DNA from: an uncultured Fibrobacterota bacterium
GTDB taxonomy: Bacteria; Fibrobacterota; Chitinivibrionia; Chitinivibrionales; FEN-1185
DNA length: 64,000 nucleotides
Assembly: GCA_963753345.1 (NCBI GenBank)
Contig: CAVWBU010000031.1
Coordinates: forward strand, 1 to 64,000
Direction of reading: 5' to 3'
In this document: one piece after another, positions 9,142-19,792 of the stretch
Layout of the letters: each line of letters starts with the position of its first letter
Position numbering within the stretch: position 1 is the stretch's first letter
Notes under the pieces: generated by a model
The model's input: the letters and a program-made list of their open reading frames with translations, nothing else
What the model was told of the DNA's origin: nothing
Databases searched by the model: none
Translations under genes and position numbers: made by a program

Positions 9142-11695
9142 ATGAAAAAAACGCTGATCATCTTTTCTGCAATTGTAATGGCTTTCTGGCTCGAGGCCCT
9201 GTACGGCCAGACATTCCACCAGATAGGCCTCAGCGGCGGCGGTGCAATATTTGTTCCAACCATCAATCCGAATGACAAGAACGCAATGTTCGCAAGTTGC
9301 GACATGTCTGGATTCTACCGGACTGCCGACGGAGGAACAACGTGGAACGTTATGGACTATCACCAGATAAACAACGTCAACATGTGCTATCCCGCATTCG
9401 ACCCGGTTAATAAAAATCTGATGTACGATGCAACCGGTACCACTCTAATGCAGAGCAACGATGAAGGCACCACCTGGAACACGATACGCAGTTACACGGC
9501 TGCGGGTGATGCCAACATAGTAAGAATTTACCCGGATCCGTTTAATGGAGCAAACATTTACGTCGGTACGGACAAAGCGGTGTACCTGAATGCCAATCAA
9601 TGCGCCGACATCAATGACGGAACAAATACGGTTGGGTTTTTTATCTCGGACGCCGGCACAAAATACGAATATGCAGCCACATCAAGTAATATCTGGCGTT
9701 CGTCAAGCAACGGGACAAACTGGCAGAAAGTGACCCCATCGGGTCTGTCCGGGATAGTTAGTTTTTGCGGTGGCAGTGACGGAGTATCAAACACGACACT
9801 CTGGGCATCCGGGACCAACGGCAAGGTCTACATATCTAAGACCGATGGAAATTCCTGGTCTCCGGCTCCGATCACCGGCATCGCGTCAACGGATGTGGGG
9901 TATCTCAATCTGATGTCATGCCCTGAAAACAGTCCGAACATTGCCTATGTAATAGTTTCGGGCGCTCCAAGTGCGGTCTATGGAAACAACAGCTATATCA
10001 ACCTTAACATTTACAAAACAACAAACGGCGGGAACACATGGACAAATGTGTTCATTGCCAATTCCATGGCCTGGCAGAAGAACCCGCCCCCTGACCCGCC
10101 GGGGGACAATGTTACCCTCGGCTGGCAGGCGTTCGATGAAAATGGATGGAATGCTCCCATGACGTATGGATTCACCTGCTGCAGGACGGATTCCAACTAC
10201 GTTATCGGCGGCGGCGATGGGGAACTTTATTGCACAAAGGACGGCGGAATAACTTGGAATGAGTGTTATGTCAATTATAAAGACAGCGGCGCAAGAGGCC
10301 AGCACAAGAGATGGCAGACCAACGGGCTCAACGTCACATCGACCTGGAATTACTACATCTGCCCGACTGACTCCACGAAACATTACATTTGTTACACCGA
10401 TATTGGTTTTGCACACAGCTTTGATGGCGGAATAACATGGACCGACTCATGGACCGGATCTCCGTTTGCCAATACATTCTATGCCATTGCATTTGATCCC
10501 AATGCGCCCGGAACGATGTATGGAGCTGCATCGAATTCTCATGATATCCCTGCCGGGTGGGAGCCGCAGATGATGAACCCCACCCTGGGCGGCGGACCCG
10601 TTGTCAGTACCGACTACGGACAGACATGGGCGGCAATGAACTGGACGGGACTTGCCGAGAGCGCTTTCGGCGGTTCCACGAGCACGCCGTATCCTTGCAC
10701 CGGCATCGCTCTTTCTCCTGATGGAACTACCATGTACATAGCCGAATACGGCGATGCGGTTTACAAGTCGGTTAGGACGAACGGCACGTGGGGAGCATGG
10801 ACCAATCTCAATGTTCCGGCCGTTGGGTCAAACAGACACTACTACAAGATAGTGGTGCACAAGGATGGCACTGTCTTTGTCGGAGTTTGTGAAAGGCTCA
10901 CGTATTCGGGCGGATCATGGGGAAACGGAAGCTGGCAGACACCTGATGCCGGCGGCATCTTCGTTTCAACGAACAAGGGCGCCGTATGGAAGAACATTGC
11001 GGCAAATGTCTACAACGGCAGCGGGCTTCATGGGCAAAGGCTCTATGGTGTTGACCCGAACAACAGTTCTATTGTTTACATTTGTGGAACGCCCTCTCAG
11101 ACAGGGAGACAACGGAGTTTATAAAACGACCGATCAGGGCGCTTCCTGGACCGCCGTAACCCCTAACGGCGTTTCCTGGCCGGAGGATGTCACGGTTGAC
11201 CCTGCAAATTCAGCCAATGTTTATCTTTCAACCAATGATCAGGCCTTTTTCAGCAGTACAAATGGAGGGACAACATGGACCCAGATGTCGTTCCCGTTTG
11301 CTGTCGGGAACTCGGTGTATGTTGACCCCGGGAACAACTATCTCTATCTTTGCACCTTCGGCTGCGGTGTATGGACAAATGCTCCTTCCACAGGGATGTC
11401 CGTCCTTCCTCAAAATCGGCGGGCCGTTCCTTTGCAAACGCGGATTTACGTCAGTGGCTCGGGTTTTTCGCATTCCAGTGTCACGCTGAACTACAGCATC
11501 CGATCGCGGTGTTTCGTGCATTTGGATATTTACGCTATTTCGGGAAAAAGAGTGGCGGTAATGGATCAGGGCGAGCGAGAGCCGGGAGAATACAGCGCGA
11601 TCTTTAACGCTGCCCGCATTCCGGCCGGGCTTTATGTGTACCGATTCCAGGCTGGGAATTACCGAGTGACTAACAGAATCGTGGTGACGAAATAG
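9142..11695 (+). CDS. Secreted BNR/Asp-box beta-propeller protein (GH74/sortilin-like) with C-terminal sorting domain; +1 frameshift near 11105
   Basis: Signal peptide; GGG..CDMSGFYRTADGGTTW; many S/TxDGGxTW boxes; ORFs 9046-11124 and 10865-11695 join if one G is removed from ACAGGGAGAC. Confidence 0.8.
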
Positions 11696-11896
11696 GTCCA
11701 AAGTTGAGAAGCCTGGTAACTCTTCCCATCGCGTCTATGGCGAATAGGGCGCTGCCGCCTGCCGATTACCAAGGGGCGATGCTGGTTCTTCTCCTCTTAT
11801 TTCTTCTCGAAAAACGACGAAGACAGTGTAGTATTCCCGCCTTTTATTTCCAGCTACCTTGGATGAACATTTGTGGGAGCGCCTTTGGCCGTGGCT

Positions 11897-12049
11897 GTAA
11901 GAGAAACCCCCGCCTATGGCGGGTACCTCGTCAGGTACTTCCAAGGGTCGGGAGCTGGACGGCTACGTAACGGCACACGGGTGCCGATTCCTTTTTCGCG
12001 GCCTAGGGGCCGCTTCAAAAAGCCACCGCCTGTGGCGGTGGTCGTTTAC
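11897..12049. mobile_element. Non-autonomous IS200/IS605-like element (two end hairpins, no ORF)
   Basis: GTAAGAGAAACCCCCGCCTATGGCGGG...AAGCCACCGCCTGTGGCGGTGGTCGTTTAC subterminal palindromes. Confidence 0.6.
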
Positions 12050-12096
12050 TGACATTAGATACATACCTGTGAGTAATCCTGATTGTGATGTGGGGC

Positions 12097-12146
12097 TGAA
12101 TGCCACAGCCCGCGCAATCCCCGCCACTTGGGGCGGGGTTTTTCAA
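12097..12146. mobile_element. Minimal relative of the palindromic MITE at 46644-46762
   Basis: TGAATGCCACAGC...ATCCCCGCCACTTGGGGCGGGGTTTTTCAA shares both ends with that element. Confidence 0.5.
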
Positions 12147-12423
12147 TAAATCCTCTCTTGACGCGCCGGCCTGGGCCGTTGCAAAGTCAAACAGCCGTGG
12201 CTTAATTGAAACAGCCAAATCATGAAAACTTGTATCCAAGCTTTCGATAGATTATACAAACACTGCTTTTTACACAGAATTCCTGCAAGAGCGCATTTTG
12301 CCCAGCCTTGAGCGATGGCACAAGTCTTGCCCTTTTATATAGGTGAAAGACGTATTGATATGCATATGTGCCGGCTGCATGCCGGTGCAGTGCGTCTATG
12401 TTGAAACTTTTCGGAGGTTGAAC

Positions 12424-13500
12424 ATGATCTCGAATCAACAAGCCCTTCATAATGCCATCGTGTTCCTGCGCACCGAAAACGTGGACGCAGGCGACGCTGT
12501 CTCCCCGGCCGGAATACATACGGGTCAGGGTGACAAGAGACGCGATGACAAACAGCAAACAGCCCTCGATGCCTATTCCGCCGCGGTAATCGGCGCGTCC
12601 GAACACGTGATGCCCTCGGTGGTAAAAATCGACAGCAGCAACGGGGACGCCCCGCCGGCGGAAACTGGCGCGGCCGGAGGGAGCGGGTCGGGAATGATAT
12701 TCACGCCCGACGGCCTCATCCTCACCAACAGCCATGTGATCCACGGCGCGCGCAGGCTCGACGTGACGTTGCTTGACGGAAGAAAATACCGGGCCCAGAT
12801 TATCGGCGACGACCCCGCCACCGACATCGGCGTTCTGCGCATTGCCGCGCCGGGCCTGGCCGCGGTGAGCCTGGGCGATTCGAAACGACTCCGCGTGGGC
12901 CAGCTTGTGGTGGCTATCGGAAACCCGTTCGGGTTCCAGTGCACCGTGACCGCCGGCGTGGTGAGCGCGCTCGGCAGATCGCTCCGGTCGCAGTCGGGGC
13001 GGCTTATGGACAACGTCATCCAGACCGACGCTGCGCTCAACCCGGGAAATTCCGGCGGGCCGCTGGTGAACGCTGCGGGCGAAGTTGTGGGTGTAAACAC
13101 CGCAACCATTCTGCCGGCGCAGGGGATCTGTTTCGCGGTGGCGGTCAACACGGCACGGCTTGTGGTGGTGGAGCTGCTCAAAGTGGGGAAAGTGCGGCGC
13201 AGTTACATGGGGATCATGGGGCAGACCGTGCCGCTGCATCGTCGCGTCGTACGATTTTACAACCTGGACATCGACAGCGGCGTGTTCGTAACCCAGGTTG
13301 CCAAAGGCGGACCGGCGGAAAAAGCCGGGGTGAGGGAGGGCGACCTGGTGATCGAATTCAACGGAAGCCCGGTGAGCGGCATCGATGATTTACAGAAGCA
13401 CCTTGTGGCCGACATCGTGGGCAAACCGTGTTCCCTGGTGGTGGTGCGGAACTTTACAGAAAAGATTTCGCTTGAGGTAAGGCCGGGGGAATCGGAGTGA
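12424..13500 (+). CDS. HtrA/DegQ-family trypsin-like serine protease with one PDZ domain
   Basis: GSGSG, ILTNSHV, TDIGVL, IQTDAALNPGNSGGPL, PDZ domain; no obvious signal peptide. Confidence 0.92.
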   Translation: MISNQQALHNAIVFLRTENVDAGDAVSPAGIHTGQGDKRRDDKQQTALDAYSAAVIGASEHVMPSVVKIDSSNGDAPPAETGAAGGSGSGMIFTPDGLILTNSHVIHGARRLDVTLLDGRKYRAQIIGDDPATDIGVLRIAAPGLAAVSLGDSKRLRVGQLVVAIGNPFGFQCTVTAGVVSALGRSLRSQSGRLMDNVIQTDAALNPGNSGGPLVNAAGEVVGVNTATILPAQGICFAVAVNTARLVVVELLKVGKVRRSYMGIMGQTVPLHRRVVRFYNLDIDSGVFVTQVAKGGPAEKAGVREGDLVIEFNGSPVSGIDDLQKHLVADIVGKPCSLVVVRNFTEKISLEVRPGESE

Positions 13501-13524
13501 AGCAAGATACATGGAAAGGAAGAA

Positions 13525-13758
13525 TGGGCGTTCCCCTCGCCTTAGTCAAGACTCAGGCTCGGGTCGGCCCTCCTTCCGGTCTCGGCCTTCGGCCTCGGGC
13601 CATTTAATTGTAGAATGTAGAATTTAGATTGTAGAATTGAAATACACAAATCGGCATTTTTTTCAATCTACAATCATCAATCTAAAATCTACAATAAAGA
13701 GTCCGGGCGGCATCCCTCTCTGGCGGGACCTCCAGTCCGGCCTAACGCGGCGCAGAAG
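13525..13758 (-). repeat. Repeat module B in reverse orientation, with a heptamer-repeat hairpin insert
   Basis: Reverse complement of GCGTTAGGCCGGACTGGAGGTCCCGCC...GGGGAACGCCCA; the insert matches 49597-49696. Confidence 0.85.
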
Positions 13759-13770
13759 TAAACCGCCAAT

Positions 13771-13829
13771 CCTCCCCCCTCTTTCGCTTCGGACGCCCCT
13801 CTCCAATAGGAGAGGGGATGGGGGTGAGG
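13771..13829. repeat. REP-like palindrome of the CCCCTCTCC/GGAGAGGGG...GGGGTGAGG type
   Basis: Nested inverted repeats between converging htrA and radA. Confidence 0.6.
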
Positions 13830-13878
13830 TCGGAAGGGATTGCCGTTCTGAGATGTCAACAGTAGAAACTCTCACTTT

Positions 13879-15246
13879 TCAGAAAATATGCTCCTTCACG
13901 TCCCCGATCCTCTCGCACTGCACCAGTTCCACGCCACTTTTCGCGTCTGTCCAGTTTGCTTTGGCAGGCGGCTTTGGAACAATGCACCGTGAAAATCCAA
14001 GGTGGGAGAGCTCGCGAATCCTTAAGGGCATATTGTTGACGGGCCTGATTTCTCCGCCCAGGCCGAGCTCGCCCACGATACCCATGTCCCTGCGCAGCGG
14101 CTTGTTGACAAACGATGATACTATGGAAGCAGCGACGCCCAGGTCCACGGCCGGCTCCGCCACGGTAAGGCCGCCGGCGATGTTGAAGAAGATGTCGTAT
14201 TCGCCGAGCGAAAAACCGCCGAAACGTTCGAGCACGGCCAGAAGGAGCGACAGTTTCTTGGGGTTGATGCCCGAGGCCACGCGCTGGGGAAGGCCGAAAT
14301 GGGACTTGTTGACAAGCGCCTGAACCTCCACCACCAGCACCCTGCTTCCCTCGAGCACGGGCACCACGGCCGTGCCCACCTGGGGGTTTGCGCGGCTCTG
14401 CAGAAAGAACTCCGACGGGTTGGCGATTTCCGCGAGCCCGCGGTCGGTCATGGACATCACCGCGATTTCGCCGCTCGGGCCGTATCTATTCTTAACCGCG
14501 CGCAGGATGCGGTACTGGTAATGGCCGTCGCCCTCGAAGTAGAGCACGGTGTCGACCATGTGCTCCAGCACGCGCGGCCCGGCAATCGTTCCGTCCTTGG
14601 TGACGTGGCCGATGAGGATCACCGCGGTCTTGTGCTGTTTTGCAAACCGGATGAGCATGGACGCGCTTTCTCGCACCTGCGACACGCTGCCGGGCGCGCT
14701 TTCCATGGTGTCGGAAAACATGGTCTGGATGGAGTCGACCACGGCGACGGCGGGGCGGACGGTTTCCAGTCTGTCAAGAACCGCCTCCACCGACGTTTCG
14801 GTGAGCATAAGCACGGGCGCATCGGCCACGCCGCAGCGGCTGCCCCGCGCGTAAATCTGCTCGGCCGACTCCTCGCCCGACACATACAGGGCCTTTGCGC
14901 CCTTTTTCGCCCATGCGCTCACCAGCTGCAAGAGCAGGGTCGACTTGCCGATGCCGGGATCGCCGCCGAGAAGGATGCACGCGCCCGGAATGAGCCCGCC
15001 GCCCAGCACGCGGTCGATTTCCGAAAACGGGCTCGCGATGCGGTCCGATTCGTCAACCGTGCAGCCGGAAAACGCCACCACCTCCGACGGCGTCGAGGCT
15101 GTCGCGCGCGACGTCGGCGTCGCCTTGACGCCGCGCATTTCGACGATGGTGTCCCACGCGCCGCAGCTGGTGCACCTGCCCAGCCACTTGGAAAAGTCCT
15201 GGCCGCAGTTGTTGCAGACGTAAACGGTGGAGGGTTTTTTGTTCAT
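13879..15246 (-). CDS. radA: DNA repair protein RadA/Sms
   Basis: CxxC-CxxC zinc finger, GDPGIGKST, KNRYG, Lon-like C-terminus. Confidence 0.97.
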   Translation of the reverse strand: MNKKPSTVYVCNNCGQDFSKWLGRCTSCGAWDTIVEMRGVKATPTSRATASTPSEVVAFSGCTVDESDRIASPFSEIDRVLGGGLIPGACILLGGDPGIGKSTLLLQLVSAWAKKGAKALYVSGEESAEQIYARGSRCGVADAPVLMLTETSVEAVLDRLETVRPAVAVVDSIQTMFSDTMESAPGSVSQVRESASMLIRFAKQHKTAVILIGHVTKDGTIAGPRVLEHMVDTVLYFEGDGHYQYRILRAVKNRYGPSGEIAVMSMTDRGLAEIANPSEFFLQSRANPQVGTAVVPVLEGSRVLVVEVQALVNKSHFGLPQRVASGINPKKLSLLLAVLERFGGFSLGEYDIFFNIAGGLTVAEPAVDLGVAASIVSSFVNKPLRRDMGIVGELGLGGEIRPVNNMPLRIRELSHLGFSRCIVPKPPAKANWTDAKSGVELVQCERIGDVKEHIF

Positions 15247-15304
15247 TGATGGTTCTGGAACACGTCGGATTTATTGAAATGAAGTTGATGATCCGTGGTT
15301 TTCA

Positions 15305-15387
15305 GGTTGTTGAAAGTTGACATTTGAAAGTTCAAAGTGATTCTTTTCGTGATTTTCTTTCAACTTCAAACTTCCAACGTTCAACCC
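15305..15387. repeat. Inverted pair of degenerate 7-mer arrays (TTGAAAG / CTTCAAA)
   Basis: ttgaaagttgacatttgaaagttcaaag ... ctttcaacttcaaacttccaacgttcaa. Confidence 0.55.
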
Positions 15388-15391
15388 GGTT

Positions 15392-16762
15392 TTACGCCGA
15401 TTTCGGAAGCTCCATCACTTCCACGCGGTTGCCGCCGTTCTTCCTCGCGCGGAGCAGGGCCTGCCCGCACGCCTTGGACAAAAGGTCGGGCGACGCGCTG
15501 ATCTCGCTGCACATGCACGCCCCAGCGGAAATCACCGGATGCACGTAGTTTCCGTCCGGGGCCTTGATCGACATGTCCATGAGGCGTTTGCGGACGTGGT
15601 CGACGGTCTTTCCGAGTGAGTCCGGGTCCGCCTTGGTGAGGATAAGACCGAATTCGTCGCTTGAAAAACGGCCTGCGCTGTCTGCGCCGCGGGTAGTGAG
15701 GCCCAGTTTCCTGCCGACTTCGCGGACGATAACTTCGCAGAACTGCTGGCCGAAGCGGTCGCCGAGGTCCTTGAGCATGTCGATGCCGAACAGCGTGAGC
15801 GCAATGGGGTCCTGCTCCACAACGGAGCGCTCGATCTCGTCCTTGAGCACGGTGGCGAACTGCTGAAACCCCATGAGGCCGGTGAGCGCATCGCGCGAGG
15901 CCGCGTCGAAGCTGCGGTCGCGCCGAAGCTTGCGGTCGAGCGTCACGCGCTGCCGAATTTCGCCAACGTCAACCGACCGCGTGAGCCCCGAGCCCTCGTC
16001 GGGCTCGCTGCCCGCCACGTAGTGGAGTTTGCGCTGGCCGCGTATGAACTGCTGTATATAGGGATTGCGCGACGCGCGGATCTCGGCGGGCGTGCCCGAA
16101 AAAATGATTTTTCCTTCGTAAATCATGGCGATCTTGTCGGCGATCTTGTAGGCCGACGCCATGTCGTGGGTGACCACCACCGAGGTCATCCCGAGCCTTT
16201 CCCTCAGGGAAAGGATGAGGTCGTTGATCTTGTCGGTCATGATGGGATCGAGCGCGCTGGTGGGCTCGTCGTACAGCATGATCTCGGGCCGCATCACGAG
16301 CGCGCGCGCAAGGCCCACGCGGCCCCTCATACCGCCCGACAGCTCCGACGGCATCTTGACCCTGAAGCCGGGCTGCAGCCCCACCATCTCGAGCGCCTCG
16401 GCCACGATCTGGGCGATTTTCTCCTCGGAATAGTCGGTGTGCTCCCGCAGCGGGAACGCGAGGTTTTCGCCCACGTCCTTGGAGTCGAACAGCGCGGCGC
16501 CCTGGAACAGCATGCCGAGGCGCTTGCGCACGGTCTCGAAATCCGACGGTTTTTTCGTGGGAGAGGATATTTCCTCTCCGTCAATAAGGATGCGGCCTCC
16601 GTCCGGGATCATGAGGCCGATGACGTGCTTGAGGATGACGCTCTTGCCGCCGCCGCTCTGGCCGATGATGCAGACAATCTCGCCCTTGTCCACCTCGAGG
16701 TTGATGTCGTCGAGAACGGGCTGGTTTCCAAAGCGTTTTTTCAGGTGTTCTATCTTGAGCAT
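15392..16762 (-). CDS. mlaF: MlaF/Mkl-family ABC ATPase fused to a degenerate GGDEF domain
   Basis: GQSGGGKS, GMLFQGAALFDS, LSGGM, LYDEPTSALDP, VTHD; C-terminal DALTGL..RGADSAGRFSSDEF..ISAG..GGNRV. Confidence 0.9.
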   Translation of the reverse strand: MLKIEHLKKRFGNQPVLDDINLEVDKGEIVCIIGQSGGGKSVILKHVIGLMIPDGGRILIDGEEISSPTKKPSDFETVRKRLGMLFQGAALFDSKDVGENLAFPLREHTDYSEEKIAQIVAEALEMVGLQPGFRVKMPSELSGGMRGRVGLARALVMRPEIMLYDEPTSALDPIMTDKINDLILSLRERLGMTSVVVTHDMASAYKIADKIAMIYEGKIIFSGTPAEIRASRNPYIQQFIRGQRKLHYVAGSEPDEGSGLTRSVDVGEIRQRVTLDRKLRRDRSFDAASRDALTGLMGFQQFATVLKDEIERSVVEQDPIALTLFGIDMLKDLGDRFGQQFCEVIVREVGRKLGLTTRGADSAGRFSSDEFGLILTKADPDSLGKTVDHVRKRLMDMSIKAPDGNYVHPVISAGACMCSEISASPDLLSKACGQALLRARKNGGNRVEVMELPKSA

Positions 16763-16798
16763 GCCGCAAAATTCCTGTCGACAATCAAAAAATAGGTC

Positions 16799-17599
16799 TC
16801 AAAACACGAGAAACGCGATAATGAAATCGAAAATAAGGATGAGCACGAACGACGTAATGACCGCCTTGGTGGTCGCGTTGCCCACGCCCTCGGCGCCGCC
16901 GCGCGTCTCCAGGCCGAAATGACACCCGGTGAGCGCGATGATGGCGCCGAACACCGAGGTCTTTGCCACGCCGATGAGCAGGTCGGCCGGGTTGAAGAGC
17001 ATCCGGAGGCCGGTAAAATAAACGTACAGGGTGATCTTTACGGAAAACACGACGGTAAGGATGGAGCTTACGAAGGCGATGAGTTCGCTCCAGACCACGA
17101 GCAGGGGGAGCATCGTCATGCAGGCGATCATTTTGGGAACATACAGGTAACGCACCGGGTCGAGGTTGAGGCATGTCATTGCGTCAAGCTGCTCGCCGGT
17201 CTTCATGGCGCCGATCTCGGCCGCGATCGCGGTGGCGATGCGCCCGGCCACCACCATGCTCGTGAACACCGGCCCGATCTCGGTGATGAGCGTCTTGCAC
17301 ACGGCAAGGCCGAGGTACTTGAGGGGGATGAAGCCGGAGAACTGGTACACGCCCTGCGTGACCGTGGTCGCGCCCGTAAAGATGGCGATCACCGACACCA
17401 GGGGGAGCGAATCGATGCCGATGGCGTACATCTGCTCGATGGACAGCGGCACGTTCTTCACCATGAGCGGCAGGCGTTTCACGATGCTTGACAGAAGCAT
17501 CGAAATGCGGTGCACGTGCCGAAGAAAGACGGCGCCGTTGCCTGCGACGGCAATCCCCGCGGCTCCCACGCGGGAGACGAAGCGTACCATAGGGTTCAA
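16799..17599 (-). CDS. mlaE: MlaE-family ABC permease
   Basis: EIGPVFT..VAGR....AAEIGAMK..EQLDAM, GGAEGVGNATTKAV; overlaps the dnaB stop codon. Confidence 0.93.
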   Translation of the reverse strand: MNPMVRFVSRVGAAGIAVAGNGAVFLRHVHRISMLLSSIVKRLPLMVKNVPLSIEQMYAIGIDSLPLVSVIAIFTGATTVTQGVYQFSGFIPLKYLGLAVCKTLITEIGPVFTSMVVAGRIATAIAAEIGAMKTGEQLDAMTCLNLDPVRYLYVPKMIACMTMLPLLVVWSELIAFVSSILTVVFSVKITLYVYFTGLRMLFNPADLLIGVAKTSVFGAIIALTGCHFGLETRGGAEGVGNATTKAVITSFVLILIFDFIIAFLVF

Positions 17600-18957
17600 A
17601 AGTCGGCACCCTCCCCGGCGCGGGGCGCCGCGAGGTTTTCAAACCGTGCGTATTGCTTGACAAAGGCAAGATTTATCGACCCAATGGGGCCGTTGCGCTG
17701 CTTGCCGATGATGATTTCGGCGGTGCCCTGCTTCGACGGGTCGTAGAACTCCTCGCGGAACACGAACATCACCACGTCGGCGTCCTGTTCGATGGCGCCG
17801 GACTCGCGCAAATCGGAAAGCTGGGGCTTGTGGTCGCCGCCGCGCTGCTCCGGCGCGCGCGACAACTGCGACAGCGCGATGAGCGGCACCTCGAGCTCCT
17901 TGGCGATGCCCTTGAGCGAGCGAGAAATCTGCGAAATCTCCTGCTGCCGGTTTTCCATCCGCACCGACGACTCCATGAGCTGCAGGTAGTCCACAATGAC
18001 AAGCGAGAGCTTGTGCTGGGCCTTGAGCCTCCGCGCCTTTGCCCGGAGCTCCAGCACGCCGATGCCGGGCGTGTCGTCGATAAACAGGGGAGCCTCGGAC
18101 AGCGGGCCCGCGGCAAGCGACAGCTTGGGAAATTCCCGCTGCGGCAGCTTGCCGGACCGCAGCGCGTGCATGTCGATGCGCGCCTCGGCGCAGAGCAGGC
18201 GCTGCGCGAGCTGGGCCTTGGACATTTCGAGGGAGAAGAGGGCGGTGGGGTGCTTGGCCACCACGGCCGCGTGCATGGCAATGGAAAGGCTGAACGCCGT
18301 CTTTCCCATGGACGGCCTTCCCGCGATGATGATAAAGTCGCCCTTCTGCAGGCCGGACGTGAGGTCGTCGAGCTCCTTGAACCCCGTGGGCACTCCCTGC
18401 ACGCCGCCCTTGGAATAGCTCTCGATGTCCTCGAAGGTGCGCGGCAGGAGCTGTTGCAGGGACTCGAAGGTATTCTTGATGCGCGCCTCGGAGATGCCGA
18501 AGATGCGCGCCTCCGCTTTGTCAAGAATCTCCTGCGCCTCCGCCTCGGAGGAAAAGCAGCTCGTGGCGATTTCGCCGGTCGCAGAGATAAGCTGCCGCAG
18601 GGTCGACTTCTCCAGCAGGATGCGCGCGTGGTGCTCGATGTTGGCCGACGTCGCCACGTTCTGCACGAGCTCGGACAAATACGGTTCCGCGCCCACCGAC
18701 TCGAACAGGTCGCGTTTCTTGAGTTCGTTGGCGAGGGTGATGATGTCGAAGGGGACGCTCTTCTCGAACATCGACATGAGGCACGAAAAGATCCGCCGGT
18801 TCTGCGTGGCGTAGAAGCAATCTTCGGTGAGGATGGTCATGGCCGCGACCGCTGCGTTCTGGTCGATGAGCATCGAGCCGAGGACCGTGCGCTCCACCTC
18901 GAGCGCCTGCGGCGGGATCTTATCGGTTGTAAAGGGGGCGTCAGTTCGCTGCTGCAT
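17596..18957 (-). CDS. dnaB: Replicative DNA helicase
   Basis: PPQALEVE, AGRPSMGKTAF, VDYLQLM, LSQLSR, LRESGAIEQDAD. Confidence 0.97.
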   Translation of the reverse strand: MQQRTDAPFTTDKIPPQALEVERTVLGSMLIDQNAAVAAMTILTEDCFYATQNRRIFSCLMSMFEKSVPFDIITLANELKKRDLFESVGAEPYLSELVQNVATSANIEHHARILLEKSTLRQLISATGEIATSCFSSEAEAQEILDKAEARIFGISEARIKNTFESLQQLLPRTFEDIESYSKGGVQGVPTGFKELDDLTSGLQKGDFIIIAGRPSMGKTAFSLSIAMHAAVVAKHPTALFSLEMSKAQLAQRLLCAEARIDMHALRSGKLPQREFPKLSLAAGPLSEAPLFIDDTPGIGVLELRAKARRLKAQHKLSLVIVDYLQLMESSVRMENRQQEISQISRSLKGIAKELEVPLIALSQLSRAPEQRGGDHKPQLSDLRESGAIEQDADVVMFVFREEFYDPSKQGTAEIIIGKQRNGPIGSINLAFVKQYARFENLAAPRAGEGADF

Positions 18958-19792
18958 GGATCCCTCGTTCGTCAAGGAACGTGCGGAGTTTCTTGAGGTC
19001 TTCCCACGCCGGTTTCCGGTAGTCGGGGTTGTGGAGCAGCGCCGCGGGATGATAGGTGACGAACGCGGGAACGCCGCCTGCGCTCCGGACCTCCTTGCGC
19101 AGAACGGTGATGCTGTCCGCCGAGCCGAGCAGCGCGTGAGCGGCGACTTTACCCATAAGCAGAAAGACCTGAGGCCGGATGATGGCGATCTGCGCCGTAA
19201 GAATGTGTTTGCACGCGTCAACCTCGGTCGAATCGGGCGTCCTGTTCTCCGGCGGCCTGCACTTGAGGATGTTGGTGATGAAAACGTCTTTTGATCTGTC
19301 GAGGCCGATCGCGGCAAGCATCTTGGTGAGCATGGCGCCGGCTGCGCCCACAAAGGGAAGGCCCTGCGCGTCTTCGTCGGCGCCCGGCGCTTCGCCCACC
19401 ACCATGATGGGGGCATGCACGCTGCCGCTGCCGAACACGAATTTCGTGCGTGTCGCGCCAAGGCCGCAGGCGCGGCAGTTCCTCTCCGATTCGTACAGGT
19501 CAACGAGCGCTTTGCGGACCGGGTCGTTTGCGTCCCGAACCGCCGCCATTGCGGGCTTGTGTACCGCGGCGCGAACCAGGTGCGCTGCAGGCAGGAGCCG
19601 AGGTCTTGCAGCAGGAGCGGCCTGCGCCTTGGAAAACGGCGAAGCAGGCGGTTGGGACGCGGGCCGTGAGAGTAAAGGTTTACGGACAAGAACACTGGAA
19701 GCGGTCGATCCTGGCGGAAGGACGATGTCGGGCATGCCGAGTTCGAGCTGCTGGCTCACATAGGCCCGGACGGGCGCGAGACGGTCAGTCAT
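18941..19792 (-). CDS. udg: Uracil-DNA glycosylase family 4
   Basis: VGEAPGADED..G.PFVG, NILKCRPPENR, TYHPAALL. Confidence 0.93.
   Translation of the reverse strand: MTDRLAPVRAYVSQQLELGMPDIVLPPGSTASSVLVRKPLLSRPASQPPASPFSKAQAAPAARPRLLPAAHLVRAAVHKPAMAAVRDANDPVRKALVDLYESERNCRACGLGATRTKFVFGSGSVHAPIMVVGEAPGADEDAQGLPFVGAAGAMLTKMLAAIGLDRSKDVFITNILKCRPPENRTPDSTEVDACKHILTAQIAIIRPQVFLLMGKVAAHALLGSADSITVLRKEVRSAGGVPAFVTYHPAALLHNPDYRKPAWEDLKKLRTFLDERGIHAAAN

Noticed and set aside
11897-12049. HEARO/omega RNA
   Set aside because: No IscB/TnpB ORF adjacent, and I cannot match the fold without a covariance search
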